The notes under the pieces were generated by a model that searched no databases, was not told the origin of the DNA, and saw only the letters and a list, made by a program, of their open reading frames with translations. A stretch of 30,312 nt of DNA from Planctomycetota bacterium (GTDB lineage Bacteria > Planctomycetota > MHYJ01 > WSZJ01): NCBI GenBank assembly GCA_038060895.1, contig JBBTCT010000043.1:1-30312 (forward strand). The letters are read 5' to 3'. Positions 1-7,089 of the stretch are shown piece after piece. Position 1 is the first letter of the stretch. Each line of letters opens with the position of its first letter. A program made the position numbers and the translations under genes.

Positions 1-55
1 CCCGCTCGCCCGCTCGCCCGCTCGCCCGCTCGCCCGCTCGCCCGCTCGCCCGCTC
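1..55. repeat. Octamer tandem repeat (CCCGCTCG)x~7, truncated by the window start
   Basis: Six perfect CCCGCTCG units (1-48) plus a partial CCCGCTC (49-55), read directly. Confidence 0.95.
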
Positions 56-76
56 CTCGTGGCGAAACCCTCGCGA

Positions 77-106
77 TTGACTCCTCGCCTTCACCATCGC
101 TACCGT
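77..106 (+). promoter_or_regulatory. Putative sigma70-type promoter of the ECF sigma gene
   Basis: TTGACT (77-82), 18-nt spacer, TACCGT (101-106), ending 13 nt before the ATG at 120. Confidence 0.45.
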
Positions 107-119
107 ACCGCCCCCCGAC

Positions 120-695
120 ATGGCCGACCCCAAACACGACATCGAATTGATGCACCGCGTCAAAACCGGCGACCGCGCCGCGTTCGGGGAGCTCTACGAA
201 ATCCACAAGGGGCCGCTCTTCTCGTTCCTGTTCCGCCTCTCCTGGGACAAGGTCGTCGCAGAGGACTGCATGCAGGAAGTCTTCATCGCCGTCTGGAAGG
301 CCGCGCCCAACTGGCAGCCGACCGCCCAGGTCAACACATGGCTCTTCCGCATCGCCCGCAACATCTGGATCAACGAAGGCCGCAAGGCGCGCCGGCGGCC
401 GACGCTGTTTTCGTTTCTCGGCCCGACGGACGAGGACACGCCGCAGCCGGACTTCCCCGATGACGAGGCGGGGCCGGAGGAATCCGCGCTGTCGCAGGAA
501 GCGCGCGGGGCGGTGCGCCGGGCGATCGACCAGCTGCCGGAGCACGAGCGGATGGTCGTGCTGCTCTCGGAGTTCGAGGGCATGAAGTACGCCGAGATCT
601 CCGAGGTGCTGGACATCCCGATCGGAACCGTGAAGAGCCGGATGTCCAGCGCGAGCGAGCGGCTGCGCGGGCTGCTGAGAAAGTACCAGCAGTAG
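120..695 (+). CDS. ECF (group 4, RpoE/SigW-like) RNA polymerase sigma-70 factor, 191 aa
   Basis: Region 2 motifs GDRAAFGELY, AEDCMQEVF, TWLFRIARN; region 4 motif LPEHERMVVLL..EGMKYAEISEVLDIPIGTVKSRM. Confidence 0.95.
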   Translation: MADPKHDIELMHRVKTGDRAAFGELYEIHKGPLFSFLFRLSWDKVVAEDCMQEVFIAVWKAAPNWQPTAQVNTWLFRIARNIWINEGRKARRRPTLFSFLGPTDEDTPQPDFPDDEAGPEESALSQEARGAVRRAIDQLPEHERMVVLLSEFEGMKYAEISEVLDIPIGTVKSRMSSASERLRGLLRKYQQ

Positions 696-702
696 TCCCG
701 CG

Positions 703-1611
703 CTACTTCTTGCGGCCGGCCTTTGCCGCTTCCCTGGGCGCGTCCACCGGCAGCCCGTAAGCCTTGAGCGCCGCCTTCAGCTTCTCCTCGTTGGCCGGAT
801 CAAGGTCGCAAAGCGGGAGGCGCAGCTCCCGCGTGCACTTGCCCTGCATCGCGAGGGCGATCTTGACCGGGATCGGGCTGGTCTCGATGAAGCAGGCCTT
901 GATGAGCGGGAAGAGCTTGTTGTGAATCTGGCGGGCTTTCGCGAAGTCGCCTTTCAGCCCGGCCTGGGTGAGCGCCTTCACGTCCGCGGGGACGATGTTC
1001 GAAACGACCGACACAACGCCGCGCGCGCCGCACGCCATGAACGGGAGCGTGAGCGAGTCGTCGCCGGAGAGGACCGTAAGGCCGCAGCTCGTCGCAATCT
1101 GAGTGACCGCGTCGCAGGATCCCGAGGCTTCCTTCACGGCCGCGATGTTCTTGTGGGACGCCAGCCGGATGATCGTCTCCGGCGCCATGTTCACGCCGCT
1201 TCGGCCCGGGATGTTGTAGAGCATGATCGGCAGGTTCACGGCATCGGCCACGGCGCGGAAATGCGCGGTCATGCCGGCCTGCGTCGGCTTGCTGTAGTAC
1301 GGCACGACCAGGAGCAGCCCGCCTACCTTGGATTCCTTCGCCGCCTTCGACAGCTCGATCGTGTGGTGCGTGTCGTAGGTGCCCGTGCCGGCAAGCACCT
1401 GCACGCGCTTCTTCGCACGCTCCACCACGAACTTGAAGATCGCGACCTTTTCGTCATCCTGAAGCGTCGGCGCTTCCCCTGTCGTCCCGCACGCGACGAT
1501 CGCGTCGGTGCCGCCGGCGATCTGGTCCTCGATCAGCCCCTCGAACGCCGTCCAGTCGATCGTGCCGCCGCGGAACGGCGTGACGATCGCGGTGCTGCTG
1601 CCCTCGAACAC
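703..1611 (-). CDS. dapA: 4-hydroxy-tetrahydrodipicolinate synthase
   Basis: AIVTPF, GTTGE, PYYSKP, LYNIPGR, Schiff-base Lys in AVKEASG, SGDD; GTG start preceded by SD GAGGAGGT (1617-1624). Confidence 0.96.
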   Translation of the reverse strand: MFEGSSTAIVTPFRGGTIDWTAFEGLIEDQIAGGTDAIVACGTTGEAPTLQDDEKVAIFKFVVERAKKRVQVLAGTGTYDTHHTIELSKAAKESKVGGLLLVVPYYSKPTQAGMTAHFRAVADAVNLPIMLYNIPGRSGVNMAPETIIRLASHKNIAAVKEASGSCDAVTQIATSCGLTVLSGDDSLTLPFMACGARGVVSVVSNIVPADVKALTQAGLKGDFAKARQIHNKLFPLIKACFIETSPIPVKIALAMQGKCTRELRLPLCDLDPANEEKLKAALKAYGLPVDAPREAAKAGRKK

Positions 1612-1614
1612 GGT

Positions 1615-2325
1615 CTACCTCCTCATCCTGTTTTTCATTTCGCGCACCGCCCCGGGAAACCCGACGGCAAGCGCGCGCGCCACGATCGAGTGGCCGATGT
1701 TCAGCTCCCCGATTTCGGGGATGCGGACAATAGCCGCTACGTTCCCGAGGTTCAAGCCGTGACCGGCCGCAACCTCCAGTCCCATCCCCGCGGCCAGCCG
1801 CGCGCACCGCGCGATCCGCTTCGCTTCCGCAACCCGCCGCGCCATCGTCAGCGCTTCCGCATACCCTCCCGTGTGGAATTCCACCGCGGAAGCGCCGAGT
1901 CTTGCCGATGCGAGGACCTGGCGCTCGTCCGCACCGATGAACATGGAGACGAGGATGCCGGCGTCGTGGAAGAGGCCGACCGCGCGCTTGAGGCGCGCGC
2001 CGCCTCCGGAGACGTCGAGGCCGCCCTCGGTGGTCAGTTCCCGGCGGCGCTCGGGGACGAGCGTGACGCGTTCCGGTTTCACGGCGAGCGCGACCGCCAG
2101 CACGGACGGCGAAATCGCCATCTCCATGTTCAGGCGCTTCACCGCCGCCTTGAGCCGCCGGATGTCGTCGTCCTGGATATGGCGGCGGTCTTCGCGCAGG
2201 TGCGCGACGATCGAATCCGCGCCCGACTTCTCAGCCTGGAGCGCCGCTTCGACCGGGTCCGGGTAGTTCTCATGCCGCTGCTGCCGCAGGGTAGCGACGT
2301 GGTCGATGTTGACGCCGAGTCTCAT
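1615..2325 (-). CDS. pdxJ: Pyridoxine 5'-phosphate synthase
   Basis: LGVNIDHVATLRQ, HLREDRRHIQ, VTLVPE..ELTTEGGLD, AGHGL, ELNIGHSI. Confidence 0.97.
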   Translation of the reverse strand: MRLGVNIDHVATLRQQRHENYPDPVEAALQAEKSGADSIVAHLREDRRHIQDDDIRRLKAAVKRLNMEMAISPSVLAVALAVKPERVTLVPERRRELTTEGGLDVSGGGARLKRAVGLFHDAGILVSMFIGADERQVLASARLGASAVEFHTGGYAEALTMARRVAEAKRIARCARLAAGMGLEVAAGHGLNLGNVAAIVRIPEIGELNIGHSIVARALAVGFPGAVREMKNRMRR

Positions 2326-2331
2326 TCAGAG

Positions 2332-2366
2332 ATTGGATATTGGATATTAGATATTGGATATTGAAA
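2332..2366. repeat. AT-rich heptamer tandem repeat (ATTGGAT)x~5 between glmM and pdxJ
   Basis: ATTGGAT ATTGGAT ATTAGAT ATTGGAT ATTGAAA, read directly. Confidence 0.9.
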
Positions 2367-2377
2367 ATTCTTCCGTC

Positions 2378-3829
2378 CTACCCGAGCGCCTCCCGAATGA
2401 CCCCTTCCAGCTCGCTCGCCATCTTCTCGATCTTCCCCTGGTCGTCCCCTTCGATCATCACCCGGGCGACAGGCTCCGTACCGCTGTAGCGCAGCACCAG
2501 ACGCCCCTTCGCCCCGAGCTTCTTCTCGACCTTCTTGCGCGCTTCGACGATCGCGGGGACGGACTCGAAGGCGGGCTTCGAGACGACGCGCACGCTCTTC
2601 AGGACCTGCGGCAACCGCGTCAGGCACTTGCACAGGTCGCTCCAGGATTTGCCGAAGTGCTGCATGGCGCGGAGGACCTGGAGCGCCGAGAGGAGGCCGT
2701 CACCGGTCGTCGAATCTTCGAAGAAGAGGATATGCCCGGACTGTTCGCCGCCGACGAGGAGCCCCTGGGACTGCATCGCCTGTGAAACGTAGCGGTCGCC
2801 GACCTTCGCGCGGACGAGGCGGATTCCCTCGGCCTTGAGCGAAAGCTCGAGCCCGAGGTTCGACATCTCGGTCCCCACTACGACCGCCGGCTCGAGCTTT
2901 CCCTGCGCCTTCAGCATCCGTGCGAAGACAGCGAGGACGTAGTCGCCGTCCCGCACGTGCCCCTTGTCGTCCACGACGATCAGCCGGTCGCCGTCCCCGT
3001 CGAAACAGAGCCCGAGATCGGCCTTCTCGTCCTTGACGCGCTGCGTCAACGCTTCCGGGTGAAGCGCCCCGCAGCCGTCGTTGATCCTGGCCCCGTCCGG
3101 GTCGACGCCGGTCGCGATGACTTTCGCCCCCAGCGCTTCCAGCGCCCACGGCGCCGCTGCCCGCGTCGCGCCGTTCGCGCAGTCGAGCACCAGCTTCATC
3201 CCTTTGAGCGACAGTTTCCACTCCTTCGCCCGGTCGACGAGGTCCTGGCAGTACTTCGCCGCGGCCGAGGACAGCTTCGACTCGGCATCCACGCCGGTCT
3301 CGAGCGCCAGGTCCCCGACTTCGGGCCCCGTCAGCGCATCCGGCACCCCTGCCCTCATCAGCGCCTCGATCCGCTCTTCCGCCGCATCCGGGATCTTGAA
3401 CCCCTGCGGCGAGATCAGCTTGATGCCGTTGTCGGGGGCGGGGTTGTGGGAAGCGCTGACGACGACGCCGAGGGCTGCGCCCGATTCGCGGACGACGTGG
3501 GCGATCGCGGGGGTCGGAAGGACGCCGCCTTCGAAGACGTTGACTCCCTGCGACAGGAGGCCGGAGGCGAGAGAGGCGCTGATCATCGGGCCGCTGATGC
3601 GGGTGTCGCGTCCGATGACCACTCGATCGCGCAGGTTGGGGCGGGTGAGGCTGTGGGCGGATCCATAGGGCGCACGGGGCACCCCGCGCGATCCTTCGGA
3701 CTTGAAAATCCCGCGCTCGTTCCGGAGCAGCCACCCGATCGCCTGCCCGAGCCGCGCCAGGGGTACCGGCGTCAGCACTTTCGTGTTGGCCGTGTCGCGG
3801 ATCCCGTCCGTGCCGAAGAGTTTCTCCAT
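2378..3829 (-). CDS. glmM: Phosphoglucosamine mutase
   Basis: FGTDGIR, GRDTRISG, phospho-Ser motif SASHNP, metal loop DGDGDR, VGDRYV, GGEQSGH, RYSGTEP; follows cdaA-cdaR. Confidence 0.96.
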   Translation of the reverse strand: MEKLFGTDGIRDTANTKVLTPVPLARLGQAIGWLLRNERGIFKSEGSRGVPRAPYGSAHSLTRPNLRDRVVIGRDTRISGPMISASLASGLLSQGVNVFEGGVLPTPAIAHVVRESGAALGVVVSASHNPAPDNGIKLISPQGFKIPDAAEERIEALMRAGVPDALTGPEVGDLALETGVDAESKLSSAAAKYCQDLVDRAKEWKLSLKGMKLVLDCANGATRAAAPWALEALGAKVIATGVDPDGARINDGCGALHPEALTQRVKDEKADLGLCFDGDGDRLIVVDDKGHVRDGDYVLAVFARMLKAQGKLEPAVVVGTEMSNLGLELSLKAEGIRLVRAKVGDRYVSQAMQSQGLLVGGEQSGHILFFEDSTTGDGLLSALQVLRAMQHFGKSWSDLCKCLTRLPQVLKSVRVVSKPAFESVPAIVEARKKVEKKLGAKGRLVLRYSGTEPVARVMIEGDDQGKIEKMASELEGVIREALG

Positions 3830-4893
3830 TACTTCGGCGGCGGCCTGCGCAGGAACGTCACCACCGACTGCGCCTTTTCAGGTTTCCGGATCGTCACTTC
3901 CACGTCGTCGCTTCCCGCAAACCGGCTTCGGAAGCGCCACTCGACGGGGAGGGTGGCGTTGAGCGGTTTGTCATCGACGGGCTGGCATTCCTCGGGGCGC
4001 ATCGCCGCGATATCGACGAAGACCATGATCAGTTCGGGGCGGGCCTTGAGCTCGGTGATGGCGGACGCTGGGCCGCGGACGCGGACCTCGGCATCCTTGA
4101 GGTCGGGCTCGGCCAGGAAGTCGCGCGCGTAGTCGTGGCCCTGGAGCAGCGTGATGGGCGCCGTGAAGACGGCCTCCTGGGGTTCCTCGCCGATATCGAC
4201 CTGCACCGTGATGGGCGCCAGGGTTGAGATGGGCTGGCCGTCGAGGGTGCTGACGATTTCCGCGGTGAGGTTATGGATGCCCGCGGAAAGTCGATCGATT
4301 TTGACGGGAAGCAGTTTCACCTTGCCATGGAGGTCCAGGACGGATCGCGGCCCGAAAATGTAGGTGGATCGCGGTGAAATCGTGGCCGAACGCAGGGTGA
4401 CGCCTTCCGCCGGCTTGCCCTCGACGAACTCTGCGCCCGCGGGTTCACCGGGAAGCGCTTCCCGTCCCGCCTCGAGTTCCTTGTACTGGCGTTCCCGGGC
4501 GTCGACCTGGACCCGGAAACGCGCGGGTTTTGCGCCGGCGAGGCGGAATTTCGGCGGGAGCAGGAGATTCTTCTCGGTGACCTCGATGGTCACGGTTGAT
4601 TGTTTCCCCTGGGCGGGCTTTTCGATATCGGCGGTCAGGCGGAGGTCGCGGAGGCGGACGGACTCTCCGCGGGGACCGTTGAGAGTGACTTCCACAAAGG
4701 AGCAGGGGGCGCCGGACTCGTCCTGCACGGAGAGGATCGCGACGTCGGGTCCGTGGGTCAGCTCGAGTCCAGCCGTGGCCTTCACCTGCTCGGTCGATTC
4801 GCGGTAGACCGACGCCCACGTGACCATCGCGAGGGCGAGCGCCAGGAGGCGGTTCTTGAAGTCGGAAAGAAACAGGGATGTGAGGAAGTTCAC
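3829..4893 (-). CDS. cdaR: YbbR-repeat regulator of diadenylate cyclase (CdaR family)
   Basis: N-terminal TM (RLLALALAMVTWASV); repeated YbbR-like strands VEVTLNGP, TYIFGPRS, VRVRGPAS; overlaps both cdaA and glmM. Confidence 0.85.
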   Translation of the reverse strand: MNFLTSLFLSDFKNRLLALALAMVTWASVYRESTEQVKATAGLELTHGPDVAILSVQDESGAPCSFVEVTLNGPRGESVRLRDLRLTADIEKPAQGKQSTVTIEVTEKNLLLPPKFRLAGAKPARFRVQVDARERQYKELEAGREALPGEPAGAEFVEGKPAEGVTLRSATISPRSTYIFGPRSVLDLHGKVKLLPVKIDRLSAGIHNLTAEIVSTLDGQPISTLAPITVQVDIGEEPQEAVFTAPITLLQGHDYARDFLAEPDLKDAEVRVRGPASAITELKARPELIMVFVDIAAMRPEECQPVDDKPLNATLPVEWRFRSRFAGSDDVEVTIRKPEKAQSVVTFLRRPPPK

Positions 4894-5705
4894 AGGAGGG
4901 CCGCTGCTGTTGAGGCCGGACTGGAGCTCTTTTCACCGCCGCGGAAGAGCTGTCGGAGGCGGTTCTCGAGTTCGTCCTTGTCGAGGTCCTGGGAGAGGAC
5001 GCCGCGGGCGCCGAGGGAGACTTTGCCGGTTTCCTCGGAGACGATGAGCGTGACGGCGTCCGTTTCCTCCGTGATGCCGATGCCGGCGCGGTGGCGTGTT
5101 CCGAGGCTCCGGGCGACGTCGGGGTTGTCGGTCAGGGGGAACAGGCAACCCGCGGCGGCGACGCGGTCGCCGACGACGATGATGGCGCCGTCGTGGAGGG
5201 CCGCGCCCGGGTAGAAGATCGTCTCGAGCAGCTCGGCGGTGACTTCCGCGTCCATCTTCACTCCGCCTTCGACGTACTGCGCGAGACTGGAGTCGCGCTG
5301 GATCGCGATGAGCGCGCCGATGCGGTTTTTCGAGAGGCGGGCACACGCCTTGACGATTTCCTCGACGGGGACGGATTCGGTCTTGAGCAGCGGGAAGAGG
5401 AAGCGACCCTGCCCGAGGCGGACGAGGGCGCGGCGGAGTTCGGGCTGGAAGATCACGGCGAGGATGATGACGAGGGCGGGAACGACTCCCTGGAGCATGG
5501 CGCGGATGCGGTCGAGCTCGAGGCGGATAGTGACTTCCATGAGCACGATGAAAGCAACCACGAAGACGACGAGAATGCCTCGGACGAGCCCTGCGCCGCG
5601 CGAGCCCTGGAAGGAACGGAGAATCCAGTAGAAGAAGATGAAGAGCAGGATGATCTCGACGGCCGCGCGGACCGCGTCGACGCCTGAGAGAAGGTTCTGG
5701 ATCAT
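4890..5705 (-). CDS. cdaA: Membrane-bound diadenylate cyclase (c-di-AMP synthase, CdaA/DacA)
   Basis: Three N-terminal hydrophobic helices, IFQPELRRAL, catalytic HDGA and GTRHRA motifs, VSEETG. Confidence 0.96.
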   Translation of the reverse strand: MIQNLLSGVDAVRAAVEIILLFIFFYWILRSFQGSRGAGLVRGILVVFVVAFIVLMEVTIRLELDRIRAMLQGVVPALVIILAVIFQPELRRALVRLGQGRFLFPLLKTESVPVEEIVKACARLSKNRIGALIAIQRDSSLAQYVEGGVKMDAEVTAELLETIFYPGAALHDGAIIVVGDRVAAAGCLFPLTDNPDVARSLGTRHRAGIGITEETDAVTLIVSEETGKVSLGARGVLSQDLDKDELENRLRQLFRGGEKSSSPASTAAALL

Positions 5706-5747
5706 CCGGGGTCCCGATGGGAGAAAGGGGTGCGGGCCGCGCGGGAA

Positions 5748-5776
5748 ATTGTACTCGGAGGAGGCGGTCGAGGGAA
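5748..5776 (-). promoter_or_regulatory. Putative internal promoter for cdaA-cdaR-glmM
   Basis: Minus strand reads TTCCCT-N17-TACAAT, about 42 nt upstream of the cdaA ATG. The -10 is good and the -35 is weak. Confidence 0.45.
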
Positions 5777-5800
5777 TGCGGGAGTTTGAAGAGTCGGACC

Positions 5801-5842
5801 AATTTTCAATTTATAACTTTGAATTATAAATTCTAAATGACG
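5801..5842. repeat. AT-rich degenerate heptamer tract containing a 9-bp inverted repeat
   Basis: AATTTTC AATTTAT AACTTTG AATTATA AATTCTA AATGACG; AATTTATAA (5808-5816) is the reverse complement of TTATAAATT (5824-5832), with a 7-nt spacer. Confidence 0.75.
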
Positions 5843-5848
5843 AGCAAT

Positions 5849-7018
5849 TCAGGAGCGCGCGATCGCGTCGATGACCTTTCGCACGGTCTCCGTCTCCTGG
5901 ACGTCATGGACCCGCAGGATGTCGGCGCCTTGCGCGATGCACCAGGCGGCCGCGCCGGAACTCGGGAGAGAACGATCCGGGGCCTCGAGTCCCGTGAGCT
6001 TCCCCAGGAACGATTTTCGCGAAACACCGACGAGGAGCGGTCTCCCCATCGTCCGGAATTCCCGCAGCCTCGCCAGGATTTCAAGATTGTGCTCCATCGC
6101 TTTCCCGAACCCTATTCCCGGGTCCACGATCAGCCGCTCTTCGGGAATCCCCGCCCTCGCCGCGGCCGCGAGCGATTCACGGAGCCACGCGCAGATTTCC
6201 GCCACCGGGTCCCGGTACTGCGGCGCCTGCTGCATCGTCCGCGGCGTCCCTTTCATGTGCATCACCGCGGCGGGCACCCCGCGCTCCGCCACCAGCGCTG
6301 CCATCGCCGCATCTCCCCGCAACCCGCTGATGTCGTTCACCATAGCCGCACCCGCATCCAGCGCCGCACGCGCCACCCCGGCCTTCGTCGTGTCGATCGA
6401 CACCGGGACCCGCACCCGCTTCGCCAGCGCCGCGACCACCGGCAGCACGCGCCGCTTCTCTTCCTCGGCTCCGACCGGCTCGGCCCCGGGACGCGTGGAC
6501 TCGCCGCCGATGTCGAGGACGGAAGCGCCGGCCTGCACGAGCCGCTCGCCTTGCGCGATCGCCGCTTCCGCCGACGCGAATTTCCCTCCGTCACTGAACG
6601 AGTCCGGCGTGACGTTCACGATACCCATGAGGTGGGTCCGCCGGCCGAAGTCGAGCCCGCCGACCGCTGCCGGGGTCGAATGGAAGAGCCGGACGGCGTT
6701 GGCGAGGACCGCCTCAAGCCCCGTTCGCGACTTCTCGAACTGCTCCCGTGTTCCCGTCACCACCGCAGGCACGGCCGCCGTCGAGAAAGGGTCCCCGGCG
6801 ATCAGTACTTCCCCGCCGCCCGCAGCCCACCGCGCCCGCAGCTCAAAGGCCTCGGCCGGAACGAGGTTTTCGATCGCCACCGCAATCCTCGCCAGTCGCG
6901 CCGGCGCGAGGTCCCGCACATCGCCGGGAAACCCGAGCCGCGACAACTCGGCCTTCAGGGATGCGGTCGAAGCGGCGGCCACCACGCGGGGATTCAGCCG
7001 GATTTCGTCAGGAGTCAC
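5849..7018 (-). CDS. folP: Dihydropteroate synthase with a ~115-aa N-terminal extension
   Basis: MGIVNVTPDSFSDGG, DIGGESTRPG, SIDT, NDISG, DPGIGFGK, SRKSF, RVHDV; lies downstream of ftsH. Confidence 0.95.
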   Translation of the reverse strand: MTPDEIRLNPRVVAAASTASLKAELSRLGFPGDVRDLAPARLARIAVAIENLVPAEAFELRARWAAGGGEVLIAGDPFSTAAVPAVVTGTREQFEKSRTGLEAVLANAVRLFHSTPAAVGGLDFGRRTHLMGIVNVTPDSFSDGGKFASAEAAIAQGERLVQAGASVLDIGGESTRPGAEPVGAEEEKRRVLPVVAALAKRVRVPVSIDTTKAGVARAALDAGAAMVNDISGLRGDAAMAALVAERGVPAAVMHMKGTPRTMQQAPQYRDPVAEICAWLRESLAAAARAGIPEERLIVDPGIGFGKAMEHNLEILARLREFRTMGRPLLVGVSRKSFLGKLTGLEAPDRSLPSSGAAAWCIAQGADILRVHDVQETETVRKVIDAIARS

Positions 7019-7089
7019 AGGGCCGGAATCCTAGCCCCGAACCGACTCCTTTGCGACAGCAACGAACCCTGGCTGCTGCAGCGCCGTCG

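Noticed and set aside
1-55. Short tandem tracts (also 2332-2366 and 21689-21775) as CRISPR arrays
   Set aside because: Units are 7-8 nt with no spacers, and there are no cas genes.
4890-5705. Cyclase as part of a cyclic-nucleotide defence system
   Set aside because: It is a standard TM-DAC CdaA in its housekeeping cdaR-glmM context.
5706-5848. c-di-AMP (ydaO) riboswitch upstream of cdaA
   Set aside because: The conserved ydaO segments are not recognisable, and the space is taken by a promoter and an AT-rich tract.
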